From Mobula hypostoma (Eukaryota), in NCBI RefSeq assembly GCF_963921235.1, contig NC_086097.1, positions 70,372,001 through 70,436,000 of the forward strand: DNA of 64,000 bases. Reading direction: 5' to 3'. The notes beneath the pieces were generated by a model that did not search any database, was not told the origin of the DNA, and saw nothing but the letters and a program-made list of their open reading frames with translations. Positions 23,891-36,854 of the stretch are shown in pieces (the stretch's first letter is position 1; each line of letters begins with the position of its first letter). Made by a program: the position numbers and the translations under genes.

Positions 23891-25599
23891 AGTATATTTT
23901 CCATAAGCTAATAGAAATAGTCACAATGCTGTTCCAGTAAGAGCAGAAAAGAAAGAGCATGAATGAGAGGCATCACATAGAATAAGGAAGCATTTAAAAA
24001 AATTAGACATTGGCCTCATGATTTGGAAAGGCCGCGAAGCTGAGAAAAATGGTGAGATAAAGGAGCTCCTATTGCAACAAAGAGCATGTTAGCATATAGA
24101 GATATGAAAATTATATTATAATTTCTGTAAATATAAAATGCTGGATTATGATAAGTGTCCTTTCCCGTGTTACAGATCCTGCTGAATGGAATTTGTTGAA
24201 AATGAATATTTAAGTTATAGCCCACAAACTGTCTTTTTTAAAAACCTTTTGCTATATGGTGTGGGCTATACAGGCGTGATGTGAACACAATCTGTGAATT
24301 GTATTCACATACTTCCAGTTTCACAAGTGAACTCTTTCACTTGCCTCAGTTTTATTCTCACCTTCATCCCTGAGGAAAACCACAAGACGCATTCACAGGA
24401 CATTTCTAATTTCTTTCGCCGGCTGTATAGACCTTCCTTTTATCTAAAGAGTTTTAGTTCATTATCACAACATTAGGTTATCTTGAATTTACACGCTAAA
24501 GAAAAACTTGGAAGGTTTTGTCAGTACATGCTTATTAATTTCTGCCTAATATAGTTTCTGTTTGAATAACAACCAACTAGAAATAAAAGGAGGGAATACA
24601 CTAGGCAAGCAGAGGAGAAAGAAATGCACTCTAAGTTATTGCCTGCATTTCCTACAATAAATACTTATCCATAGAGAGGAAGAAGTATAGGAACATTGTG
24701 ATTAGTCCCCACATTGATGGTGCTAATTAACACAGCTGTCCCTGGTGAAGAAAGACAAGGTGAGTAGCTCCACATGTGTGTGCTCAGGTTTTCAGCTGCT
24801 TTGTATGTATTCACCTAGGCTTTAATTTGTGTTTTTCTCAGACTCAGTCCATTAAGTTGAAGAACTGTTGCTATAGAGAATATCACAGGCCAGCCAAGCA
24901 GTATTCAGAGCTATTTCAGCAGAAGAATACCAGGAAAGAGATTCTGTTGGAAGAGGTAGCAGTATGCTCTGATTAAATCAAGTCAATATGTAAAACATTA
25001 CAGACATTGGTGTATTTATTTTGAAAGAAATCCTGCCCAGTCAAGAGTTGAGCTTTCAGAGTTAAAATTATGTCATGTATCAGTCATCAGGATTGTATTC
25101 ATATTTGAAGTGGAGCTCCTTGCACTAATGGTGTATTTTCAAACTTTCAGCTTGATTCCGAGCTTGGTGAACACCACAAGTTTAATAAAAATGAACGACT
25201 GACGAATTAGTTTTTGAATACAAATTGGGTGTATAGATGATGACATTGCAATTATAAATCAGTAACTAAATAGGTTTCTTTGTGAGGAATTGCTATCCCT
25301 ATTTCAGATGCCACATATTCTGCCACTGATGGGAGTTAAAAGGACCAGGCACAAACATAAAGAACTGCAGTGGCAGTTTAAATAAACTCACCGGCTCTTC
25401 CTCATTACCTGAATTCCTCTGGGGTTCTCTAAGCAGTAGGAATTGATTGCAAAGTAGTGAAAGGTGAGAGGAAAAATTAATTTTCTGTTTGCAAAACCAC
25501 TGTTGGAGCTCGTGTACTGGTATTGCTTCTGAAAGTAGTGAGCTCAAGGATACCACAACAGACACCCTGATAAAAGACTTGCTCACAGGCAGAGATCAA

Positions 25600-27770
25600 G
25601 GGCAGATAAAGGGCCTGTGAAAGGGCAGCTGATGACAAGGGACAGAGCTTGTGACAGCATGGAAAGACAGCTGACAGGAGGGAATAGAACCCAGTGGGGC
25701 TGTTGTGGGCTAGCTACCCACGCCGGGAGTCCTCAATGCTGTTTCAGCATGTTGGAGACACCTGTTAACAGCTATGAAAAGGTATCAAAGGAAGATACCT
25801 ACGTCAGCAGGGGCACAAGATGGTTCAGTGATTGATAACATGGCTACAAACCTAGGAACAGAATCTACCATGAATAAAGAGAGCACTGCACAAGAGACCA
25901 CCAAAACACCAGCAGCAGTTGTGGGACACAAGCGTTGGGTGCGCATCTGTGGGTGGGAGAAAGTAACATCAGAAAAGGGGGTGAAGATCCATCAAGGGGG
26001 GAAAAGGGTGTTTGAGGGAGCAGGGACTGGGGCCTCACATTGACTGGTACTTCTTGCAAAGTCAGTCAACTAAGCTGAGTGAATCACAGTGACCGGACAC
26101 AAGCCAAAGTTGCCAAAGCAACAGCACCCCTGTCACTGAGGTGGTTAGCACAGAAATCCCAGCTGAGGGGCCCACTCATCCCCCTACACCTCCTAAGGAG
26201 AGAAAGATCAAAGGGCCCAAGACTGCTGATAAGAAAGAGCGGGAAACCATCAACAGGGACTTGATGAAAATTTTGGAGCAATTGAAAGGAACAGCAGAAA
26301 AGAAGTTGGATGCAATGGGAGACATCATCTACTGCTCCAGGGAAGAGTAGTTTGGAGTCAGCGCAAGGAAGAGTGGAAAGACATCATCACCACCAATGAA
26401 GTCTAGGAGGCAGCAGGAGATTGAATGTTTGGTTTGAGAAAGGAAACAGCGGAGGAAATAGTGGAAGAAAGCCCCAGATAGTGAGAGGGAAGGCCTCAAG
26501 CAACTTCAGGTGGACATCAGGAGCTGGCTGACAAAGTTGTGAAGAGCTGAGAATCTAAGGAAGCTGCGCAGAAAGAAAGAAAGATCAAGAACACAGTTCT
26601 ACAAACATCCTTTTAAGTTCATTAAAGGTCTCTCCACACCAGAAAAAAGGGGAACTTTGAAAATATCAAAGCAAGAACTGGAAGAGCACCTGGAAAGAAT
26701 TCGCACTGACATATGATCATTCCATCCGATATCCTGCCATTTCAGCCCCCCACCTACCACCTGGATTTTGATCCTCCAAAAAGGATCGAGGTGGGGAAGG
26801 CAGTCCAATGGGAAACAGCAGCATCTGCTCCTGGGCCTAATGGAGTGCCATATAGACTTTATAAGAGCGGACCAGGAGGAAAACAAGTAGAATGATACAT
26901 CTGTACAGAGAGCAGAAATTCCAGGGTTCTCCAGGTGTTTGGAACACACAAGCATGATATGGCACCAGGTCTTGAAGAGTCTGGCAGTGGCAATCGAGAC
27001 CAAGAGGATAGTAACCAACTCCTGCCTTCTTGAATGACTAACGCTGTGACACCAGCAGCATTTGTCTGGCAGGGAAGGAAAAGACTAACTAATTTCCCTC
27101 ATAATCCAGAAACAGGACAGATGAAAATAGCCCGTGACTGGAAAATGCTGGAGGGTGTCAATAAACAACTCACCTTCTCACCAGAAATTGCTACCACCTG
27201 TCTTAGGCCAGACTTGGTTCTCTGGTCCAATTCATCACAGGTCATTTACCGGGATCTCACAGTCCCATGGGAAGATTCAGTGGCTGAAGCATAAGAGGCT
27301 ACACTATGCAGCTCTAGCAGCTGAAGCTCAGCGATGGGGCAGGAAAACCAAAGTTTATCCTATGGAAGTGGGAAGTGGGAAGTGGGATTTATAGCTACAT
27401 CCACCATCAAATTGCTGAAGGAGCCAGGGATCCATGGTCAGACTCTACGGCGAGCCATCAGAGTCACATCAGAGGCAGCAGAAAGAGGCAGTCCCTGGCT
27501 TTGGATCAAGCGAAAAGACCTCTTCTGGGTCTAAGACAGCATCAAGAGAGTGAGAAGACAACGGGGTGGGGGGGGGCGGGGACTCTGGGACATCAGAAGT
27601 CATCGTCAAGCCGTCTGGAGATATAGTGGGCTAATCAATGAAACATCGATGAAAGAGGGTGTGCACTTGAAAAGCCCTGTGTGTCAACCCTGTGTCACTA
27701 CTAGCATCAAGGCAGTCTTGAGCAAGTGCTTATGACCCATTGGCATGAGGGATATTAACATCTTATCCTA
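25600..27770 (+). mobile_element. HERO-like non-LTR element with restriction-like endonuclease, internally deleted
   Basis: N-terminal (C)ICGWEKVTSEKGVKIHQG; SAPGPNGVPY.LYK; IPGFSRCLEH..MIW; C-terminal LRPDLVLWS...LTVPWED...K...Y..L...P.EVG..GF...AAERGS.WLWIKR. Confidence 0.85.
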
Positions 27771-27886
27771 TATTTTTTGATTTTTTTTTACATATTATTG
27801 GGTGGCCAACCATTCATTCTGACTTTTTCATAAAGAAGAGCATTAGGCAGCAGGGTCAGTTTCAAAACAGGTATTTAAAATGACAA

Positions 27887-28104
27887 ACATGAGGAATTCT
27901 GCAGATGCTGGAAATTCAAGCAACACACATCAAAGTTGCTTGTGAACACAGCAGGCCAGGCAGCATCTCTAGGAAGCGGGAGAGTCGACGTTCCAGGCCG
28001 AAACCCTTCGAAGGGTCTCGGCCTGGAACGTCGATTGTACCTCTTCCTAGAGATGCTGCCTGGTCTACTGTGTTCACCAGCAACTTTGATGTGTGTTGCA
28101 TGTG
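27887..28104. mobile_element. Fold-back Penelope-derived short element with 9-bp TSD, nested at HERO 3' flank
   Basis: Near-perfect palindrome centred on CCCTTC|GAAGGG (~28009); AAATGACAA at 27878-27886 and 28105-28113. Confidence 0.85.
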
Positions 28105-28574
28105 AAATGACAAGACATGTTGGAAGTAAACGTACAATGAAAATATATGCAGGTAGACTTTCACCTTTACTACTTGAGGGCAATAATTCTTTTTGTATCT
28201 ATTTATAGTTTTTTACAGAATCCGTCAAACTTTATTTCTATTAAATGCAATGAATGGAACTCAGCCTGTAACAGAGTCAACCAGCATATCAAATCAAAGT
28301 GCTGGTATCTTGCTACAACTAGACAGCCATGGTTGTGGCCAATGAAAGAGCTATGAAGAGGAGAAAATTCCAAGGACAATCCCTACTTCAAAAATGGCGC
28401 CATAGTATATTAGTTTTAAATACAATAGTGTAGCCTTCACAACCATGCTCGTACAGAACTGCAGAGTAAATAATCCATCTCAGGCTTCTCATGAGATACC
28501 CTCAGCCCACCACCCCCCACCCATCACTGAAGCCATTTAACAGACAATTTGATCCTTTTTATAGGCATCTGTTA

Positions 28575-29549
28575 GGCTACGTCCACACTATGCCGGATAA
28601 TTTTGAAAACGCCGGTTTCGAGTAAAAATGACAGGCGTCCACACTAAGCGTTTTTCAAAATATCTCTGTCCACATTAGACAGATATTTGGGCAAATCTCC
28701 TTTACTGGGCATGCGCAGGACACACAGAAAACAAGCGAAGAGGAAACGGTATACTTGGTGTGCGTTTGTCCAGTTACAGAGTAGAAAAACTTAAAAGGAA
28801 TTGCTCTTGGTTTTCACACAGGAGGACTTAAAACTGAAAATAACAAATACTGGAGCGTATGGAGGCAACCGACAGGGAGTTCACGGACAGTATGACCCGG
28901 CTGACAACTAACATTGAAAAACTGACTAACTCTGTTGCATTAATAAAGCACCTTGTTAAATATATAAAACATGTCTGCATCAATGTTATCTTGTATTTCC
29001 ATACAATGTTACATTAAGCTGTTACACATCTATTGTCAGAGAAGTACTTACATAAATGGGTAAACCACCTTCATACAAGCAAGGACAGAAAACAGGGCAA
29101 AGTGAGCAGACTTATTTATTCAGTAAGCTATGGGTCAAAGTATTTGGTGAGCACATTTCTAACACTTCTGGCTTCAGATTTGTTGCCATCTGTTCTGAAA
29201 TTGTTAGGTTCTGCGAAGCGCAGAATCAAAATATCGCTGTGATGATTGTACGCTCTAGTATCAATTGTTTGGTGACAATAAAGTAGTAATAATAATAATA
29301 AGAAAGCAATGAAATGCCGTGCTGCCGCCATCTGTTCCGGCACGTCATGACAGTGGTTTTAAGAAGCTCTGGTTACCCTGTACACACTGCAACGGATATT
29401 AGGCGTCTTCAGATTTATTCACTGTGGAGACCGTTTCTGAAAATTTCCATTTTCGGGGGCTAAAAACGCCGTTTCAGTGTGGATGGAAGGTCAAAACGAA
29501 GAGAAAAAGCTTTGTTTCCAAAATTATCCGGCGCAGTGTGGACGTAACC
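28575..29549. mobile_element. Non-autonomous PIF/Harbinger DNA transposon
   Basis: TIR GGCTACGTCCACACT..GCCGGATAATTTTG / CAAAATTATCCGGCGCAGTGTGGACGTAACC; 3-bp TTA TSD at 28572-28574 and 29550-29552; no ORF. Confidence 0.88.
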
Positions 29550-29552
29550 TTA

Positions 29553-29832
29553 GTCTCATGAGACCATGGATTTGCACCTTGGAAAGTTTCCAGGGCGCAG
29601 GCCTGGGCAAGGTTGTATGGAAGACCAACAGTTACCCACGCTGCAAGTCTCCCCTCTCCACACCACCGATGTTGTCCAAGGGAAGGGCACTAGAGCCGAT
29701 ACAGCTTGGCACCGGTGTCGTCGCAGAGCAATGTGTGGTTAAGTGCCTTGCTCAGGGACACAACACATTGCCTCAGCTGAGGCTCGAACAAGTGATCATT
29801 AGACCGACAGCTTAACCACTTGGCCACGCGCC
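29553..29832 (-). mobile_element. tRNA-derived CORE-type SINE (last ~20 bp at 28555-28574, split by the Harbinger)
   Basis: Minus strand GGCGCGTGGCCAAGTGGTTAAG (A box), GTTCGAGCC (B box), then GTGTCCCTGAGCAAGGCACTTAACC (CORE-like). Confidence 0.78.
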
Positions 29833-30449
29833 AATTTGATTCAATCCATAGGTAATATCAAGAAACAGCTAAGAGCACTGGATACAGCAAAGGCTATAGA
29901 ATGAGAAATTGCATCAATAATACTGAAAACCTGTGCTTTTTGCCCAAAGGTGCTAGTACAATTGTAACACCATCCTTGACATCCCAGCACACTGTCATTG
30001 CTAAGTTCAGCACCATCAGTATCCTGGCGGTGACAAGTAGTCCAGCAGCATTAAGTACAGTGCCTGTTGGAACCAGTTGGAAACTGAGTATCATGCCAAA
30101 CCCAGTTCTCCTTTTTGACACTTCAAAGCATTTCCACTATCTACAAGCCATGTCAGGAGGAAGATGGAATACTCTCCATTTACCTAACAACTTAGAAAAA
30201 ATGCTGATACTATCCACAGCAAAGCAGCCTGAAAACTGGCCCTGTTGACAATTCTGAACATTCATTTTCTACACAGCAGATCCTGAGCTATTTATCAGCT
30301 ACACAGTGGACTGTAATTACTCACCCAGGGCACTCCAAGAGTCTCTCCTAAACCCACAATCTCTACCACAAGAAAGACAACAGTTTAAGACCATAGAGCA
30401 TTGCCCAGCTGCATTTTGGTTATTCTAATATGCACAAAATTGTACAATA

Positions 30450-31230
30450 GGCACATTTCAAATATTCACTTCCCACAGGGTGAAGAATTTATCCTCATTT
30501 CACTCCCAATGGCATTACCCTTGTTTCAGGAACTCTTACTCCTAGTTCTACATTCTTTCCAAACTTCTTCCGCAAATCTACCTTGACAAATATCTAAAGA
30601 TTTTGCATAACTCTATGAGGTAAACTCTTATTCTTCCAAACCCTAGAGAACGGAGGCCTTTCCTAATGATCCTCTCTTTATATGACCAATCTCCTATCCC
30701 AGGAGCCAGTATGGTGGATCTTCACTGCACTCCATGATAATAATTATATCTTTTTTTAGGTAAGAAATCAAAACTGTATATAATTCTCCTGCTGTGGTCT
30801 CATCAAGGCCTCAAATAACTGCAGCAGGATGTCTATACTCTTGGTCTCAAAGTTTCCTGCAATAACAACCAATGTACCTCATTGTTTGCTGATCCTGTAT
30901 GTTAGATTCAGTGACTTGTGTGCTTGGGCACCAACACCCATCAGAACATCGCAGTCTCTCACTGTATAAAAAACTGTGCATTTCTGCTCTTTCTAAAGGG
31001 ATAACCTCACATCTGCTGCATCATTATCCATCACTCAGCTTTTCTATATTCCTTTTTGATTTCTTAAAATTCCCATCACAATTCACTTATGTCAATGGTT
31101 AATAAAAATTATGGATAGTTAGGGTTCAAACACTATACCTGTCTACCCTACTAATCCAATTCTACCGATCTGGGAAGCACCCATCTACTCCTAATCTTTG
31201 TTTCTATCTGCTAGCCAACACTTGATCCTT
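30450..31230 (-). mobile_element. Old CR1 fragment
   Basis: Decayed antisense CR1 motifs: AACTGTATA..ATTCTCC.GCTGTGGTCTCATCAAGGCC...AACTGCAGCA; CTATCTGCTAGCCAA. Confidence 0.65.
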
Positions 31231-32531
31231 GTTCATCTCTGTTGATTAAGACTGAAGCACATGTTTGTTGCTTTTCTGTCATCCCTGAGCAGCTGCTGTG
31301 TCACAAAGTCCTCACCACTGGAGTGGAAGCTAGTATAATTCTACAACTTCTTCAGAGTATTCTGAGTCTTCCTCAAATTTTGCATTTTCCTTTGACCTAA
31401 AAGAAGTCCATTCAACCCATCTAATCAATGTTGCTTCTCAGCGTATCCCCATCAGTCCCATCCCATGATTTATTTTCCTGTGATCTTTTTTTTTCACATG
31501 CTCATCAACTGCCCCTACTTCTCCTGCAACGTGCCTACACTAGGGACAATTTTTGGTGATTACTGAGCTGACCAGCATGTTTTTGGGATGTTGGGAGGTT
31601 GCAGGCATGACTCATACAGACATAGAGAGAATGAACAAACTTCACGCTGTTCGAGCCTGAGGTGAGGAGTTGCTGGAGATGTGAGGTGCCTGTACTAACT
31701 GCTGCATCACATTGTCTGCCTCATCTCTGTCACTGTTTCTAAATAGGGGTTGAGAAGACTCCTGTTTATCAGAAGAGGTGATGGTTGTGGATTTTTGGAA
31801 CTCGGCCTCAAAAGGGATGGAAGCAGAATGTTTGAATATTTTTAAGCAGAGGTAGAGACACTAGATAAGCAAAGAGGTGAAAAGTCACTGACTGTAAACA
31901 GATCTGCTATAATCCTGTTTAATGAAGGATCAGGTATGACTTTCTGTGTGTTCTAGTCCTGCTCCATTTTCATATGTTAATACAAAATGTATGTTTAAAA
32001 GCATGTTTGATGTGGTGAAATATTCCAATGATCTCCACAAAAGCAACATATGTTAAAATATAACACTACAGAAGAAAATATAAGGACAGGTGATCAAAGT
32101 TTGGTCAAAGAGGGAAGCTTAAGGAGAGTTTTAAAGAAAGAGATGGGCGACAAGGTTCAGCGAAAGAATTCCTGACTTTGCAACGAATGCAGTTGAAAGC
32201 ATGCCTATTATTCGAAGACAGTGATGATGTTTACTCAGAAGGTGAAGTACACATAGGTGAACAACACAGTCAACCAGATTCTATGGCTGCTTTTGATGCA
32301 TGCACATCTTATTGTGGATGATGGCCTTTAATACACATAGATGTAAAGTGGACAGTATTCCATCACAGCCCGGTATGGAGCCTCCAAAACATAGGATGGC
32401 AAGAGGCTGTAGAAGGTTATAGCCCCAGCCGGTTCCAACATAGGCATAAATTTCTCCATCATTGAGAACTTGAATCTCCTAGATAAATGGGATTATTATG
32501 AATAGATTCTTGATGGTTGGCATTGAGATAG

Positions 32532-33799
32532 ATTCAGTGGTCACTTTATTAGGTGCAGGAGTGGAACCTGGTGTATATTTTCTGCTGTAGCCCATCCAAT
32601 TGAAGGTTCGATGTGTTGTGCATTCAAGGGTGCTGTTCTGCACACCACTGTTGTAACATGTGGTTATTTCCAATTAGTATCACCTTCCTGTCAGCGTGAA
32701 GTAGTCTGGCTATTCTCCATAGACCTCTCTCATTAACAGCCCATTTTCACCCACAGAGATGCCACTCACCGGATGTTTTTTTTTGTTTTTCACACCATTC
32801 TCTGTAAACTCTAGAGACTTTTCCACCTGAAAATCCCAGAAAGATCAGTAATTCCTCAGATAATGAAACCACTCTGTCAACAATCATTCCATGATCAAAG
32901 TCACTGAGGTCACATTTCTTCCCCATTCTGATATTTGGTCAGAACAACAACTGAACCTCTTGACCATGTCTGCATGCTTTAATGTATTGAGCTCCTGCCA
33001 CAAGATTGGCTGATTAGATACAGTGCATCCAGTTACTTGGGCAGTCAGTTAATCATTTGGGCAAATCTTAAAGAACAAAAAACTGATTGAGAAAATAGCT
33101 GGGCTTTCCTTAATTTATTTGTGACACTATGCCACTTAGTTGGGTCAGGAGACTTGCTGAACAGGTTTTACCTGGTGTTGACCATATGCGCTTGTATGGC
33201 CATTAGATGCTACACAGTGCTTAGAGTGAACGGTTTTTAATTAGCATCAGTTGCATATGATTTTTGTCACTGATAGTTGGCGAGAAATAAACAGACAATT
33301 CTGAACTGCTTTGCTCACTGAGTTTCAAGCATTAGAGATGCCAGAAACGGCTAGGAATGAAAATGAAACAATTTCACTGCTTCAATAAATTGGGAACTAC
33401 GAGGAATTTAAAGGGTTCGACAGTCATCTTGAATATTACAATGGAAATGAAGATGTGGAGGATTCAATTGTTGATAGCATTGTATGAAGGCAGTCCATTA
33501 TCTGCATTAGGTGTCTGGCTGATTTTGTTCATTGTGTACAATAGATGAATTCCTTCAGCGATAACTATTAGGAACTAATACACAGTTTTATAATACTGTA
33601 GTAGTATTGGTAATGTTCTAATTTGTAATGTATTTTATTTAAATATATAATTTGTTGCTTGATTTCTTTATACCTTACTAATCTATAACCATGAAACTTC
33701 AGCTTATTGGGGCAGTTGCCCAATATGTCCCAATTAACTGGAATCCACTGTATTTGTAATAACGAGCAGGTGTACTGAATAAAGTGTACACTGAGTGTG
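32532..33799 (-). mobile_element. Second copy of the Tc1-like element, interrupted
   Basis: Colinear with 14257-14809 (TCAGTGGTCACTTTATTAGG ... AATAAAGTG.ACACTGAGTG); split at the TA in GATTAGATA|TTTG. Confidence 0.85.
33021..33750. mobile_element. Non-autonomous pogo/Tigger-like DNA transposon
   Basis: Ends CAGTGCATCCAGTTACTTGGG / CCCAATTAACTGGAATCCACTG with TA on both sides; the empty site is seen in the 14.7 kb Tc1 copy. Confidence 0.75.
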
Positions 33800-34416
33800 C
33801 ATAAAATGCTGGTAAACGCAGCAGGCCAGGCAGCATCTGTAGGAAGAAGTACAGTTGATGTTTGGGGCCGAGACTCTTCGTCAGGACTAACGGAAAAAAG
33901 AGATAGTAAGAGATTTGAAAGTGGGAGGGGAGGGGGAGATCTGAAATGATAGGAGAAGACAGGAGGGGGAGGGATGAAGCTAAGAGCTGCAAAGTTGATT
34001 GGAAAAGGGGATACAAGGCTGGAGAAGGGGGAGTATCATAGGACTGAAGGCCTTGGAAGAAAGAAAGGGGGAGGGGAGCACAGGCAAGGAGTTATTGTGA
34101 GAGGGAAAGAGAAAGGGAAAAAATTTAGGGATGGGGTAAGAAGGGGAGGAGGGGCATTAACGGAAGTTAGAGAAGTCAATGTTCATGCCATCAGGTTGGA
34201 GGCTACCCAGACGGAATATAAGGTGTTGTTCCTCTAACCTGAGTGTGTCTTCATCTTGAGAGTAGAGGAGGCCATGGATTGACATATTGGAATGGGAATG
34301 GGATGTGGAATTAAAATGTGTGGCCACTGGGAGATGCTGCTTCCTCTGGCGGACAGAGCGTAGGTGTTCAGCGAAGCGGTCTCCCAATCTGCGTCGGGTC
34401 TCACCAATATATAGAA

Positions 34417-35573
34417 CAGGGGTCCCCAACCTTTTTAGCACCGCAGACTGGTTTAATATTGACAATATTCTTACAGACTGGCCGATCCGGGCTGGGGGCG
34501 GGGGGAGGGGTAGGGTTGCCAATGGACAAGAGTAGCAGTCAAATACGTTGTGTTTACCCCGAGAAAGACTACAATGACCATGAAGCCTTGCACAAGACCT
34601 GTGTGTGCATGTGTGTACGTGCCGATTTTTTTCTACAAATCGTTTTTACCCATTCTGTTCGGGGGGGGGGTGTTAATCACAACCAGAATATAGGTGATAA
34701 GTGGCTAATACACTCAATTTCGTTTCTAAAAGGATTTATCTAATGAATTTAATATTAAACACACAGCGCATATTTTCCTCGCATGAATATAGTGATAAGT
34801 CAATTATCAGGGGAGGACAGGGGAGCTTGAAGTAAGTGTTGAATAAACTTCCAGTAGAAGTGGTAGAGGGAGGTTCCATATTATCATTTAAAGAAAAATT
34901 GGATAGGTATATGGACAGGAAAGAAATGGAGGGTTATGGGCTGAGTGCAGGTCGGTGGGACTAGGTGAGAGTGGCGTTCGGCATGGACTTGAAGGGCAGA
35001 GGTGGCCTGTTTCTGTGCTGTAATTGTTATATGGTCACTTATAAGTCAATAGCATCATAACATTTTAAGTAACGTTTGGATATTAAACACAGCACATATT
35101 TTCCCCATATGAACATATAAAATCATTGCAATACACCACTATCACTGAATCAGTGGGAGCCCTGGGCTTGTTTCCCTGCAACAAGACAGTGCCATCGAGG
35201 GGTGATGGGAGACAGCAATACTCGAAGGGGGTTCCTTTTGTCCAGGCTATTCCGCAATTTAGTTTTCGTTGCATTCATTGCAGAGATATGTTGGAAATTG
35301 AAGCAATGTTTTCAGTGCTTTCGTGGCCATCTCAGGATATTTAGCCTTGACTTTGATCCAGAATGCCAGCAGAGATGTTATGTCAAACATACTTTTCAGC
35401 CCACCGTCATTTGCAAGCTCAAGGAGTTGATCTTTTTCCCGCGCTGACATGGATGACGCGCGGATAATGACCTTGCATGCGTAATGGCTCAACAGTGGGC
35501 GTGACAGGGAATGCGGAAAGGTTTCCTCGCGGCCCAGTAGCACATGCTTTGCGGCGGTGGTTGGGGACCGCTG
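34417..35573 (-). mobile_element. Non-autonomous hAT (Charlie/Buster-like) DNA transposon
   Basis: TIR CAGGGGTCCCCAACC / GGTTGGGGACCGCTG; 8-bp TSD ATATAGAA / ATATAAAA; dimerisation-domain remnant QLLELANDGGLK..F....L..FW.KV...YP..A..ALK.LL.FPTYLC. Confidence 0.9.
34845..35035 (+). mobile_element. CR1 3' end inside the hAT element
   Basis: ATTTAAAGAAAAATTGGATAGGTATATGG...GGTTATGGG...GAAGGGCAGAGGTGGCCTGTTTCTGTGCTGTA. Confidence 0.75.
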
Positions 35574-36240
35574 ATATAAAAGGCCACATCGGGAGCACCG
35601 GACACAGTATATCACACCAGCAGACTCACAGGTGAAGTGTCGCCTCACCTGGAAGGACTGTCTGGGGCCCTGAATGATGGTGAGGGGGGAAGTGTAAGGG
35701 CATGTGTAGCACTTGTTCCGCTTACATGGATAAGTGCCAGGAGGGAGATTGGTGGGAAGGGATAGGGGGGACGAATGGACAAGGGATTTGCGTAGGGAGT
35801 GATTCCTGCGGAAAGCAAAAAGTAGGGAGGGGGGGAGGGAAAGATGTGCTTGGTGGTGGGATCCCGTTGGAAGTGGCTGTTCCACCAGCATTTTGTGTGT
35901 GTTGCTTGAATTTCCATCATCTGCAGATTTTCTCGTGACTGAGTGTACATTGTGGGTGAAAAAGCCTGTTTCCATGGTACGTGTCTCTGCAAGAAGAATT
36001 TTTAATATTGCATGTGATTAGACCCAAAAGGCTCTAGCTGTTTCAAGGAGGGGGATTAGTTGATACAAACCTTTTACTAATACCTTAATGTGGGATGAAC
36101 TGATTTTCTATCTGATTATGTAATTTGGGAAGCGTCATTGTCCCAATGTTTCATAGATCTCAGAAGTGTTTGGAATTTGGTTCCACAGAAAACAAACACA
36201 ACCCATGCAGTCACACCTCATAACTGATACACTCCAAACC

Positions 36241-36423
36241 AGAAGAAGAAGAATAGCCCTTAACTCGGCAGTGGAATTATCGGGGCACCGTCATGACGGT
36301 GTTTCCGTAGCAAGCTATTCTTGTTTTTACGAGGCCGAGTTGCTAGCTTGACACTCAACCCGACTTGGATTCGAACTCGGGAACCTTCGCTCCGGAGTCC
36401 AGCTCTGATATTATTGCACCACC
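36241..36423 (-). mobile_element. tRNA-derived SINE with (TTC)n tail
   Basis: Minus strand GGTGGTGCAATAATATCAG...GAGTTCGAATCC (A and B boxes); AGAAGAAGAAGAA on + at the 3' end. Confidence 0.72.
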
Positions 36424-36854
36424 AAGCGAGATATTTTCCATCCCAGATGGCATCCCAATAAATCTCCTCTGTACCCTCTCCAGAAGGTGGTGCATCTGTG
36501 GAATTTGCTGTCTGAGGGGTGGTGGCTGGATCATTGTGGGTGTTTATAAAGGAGGTGGATGCAGCTTTGAAATATCACAGAATTCAGGGTTATGGCAATT
36601 GGCACAGCAGAGACAATGGGACCTAGGCAGATAAACCATGGTTATATTGATTATGAGGCAAGAATAAGGGGTCCAATGGTACACTGCTATTTGTTCTTTC
36701 TAACAATGAACAATAATGACTATTACTATGTTTTAAAGGCATATTTCAATTTCCCCAGTGGTTTTTTCTTTGAAGTACACTAATTCTATTACAGCAATAT
36801 CATTTGCACTGATATAAGTTAATATCTCCACTCTTTTTATGTTATATGGTTTAA

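Larger units (their letters stand above)
33803..35937 (-). mobile_element. Penelope-like element (GIY-YIG region and 3' end) with short inverted terminus, interrupted by hAT
   Basis: GVIYCVRCSRCGLLY + IGETRRRLGDRFAEH...PVATHFN...EQHLIFRLGSLQPDGMN; inverted end at 35879-35937; ACTGAGTGT(G/A)CAT at 33790-33802 and 35938-35950. Confidence 0.92.

Noticed and set aside
35259..35975. 238-aa ORF apparently fusing a Cys-rich GIY-YIG-adjacent region to a hAT dimerisation domain
   Set aside because: It reads across a PLE inversion junction and the hAT TIR; a chance chimera created by nesting, with both domains incomplete
36365..36423. tRNA-like sequence (also 29775-29832)
   Set aside because: A and B boxes are present but they are SINE heads attached to body and tail, with no complete cloverleaf
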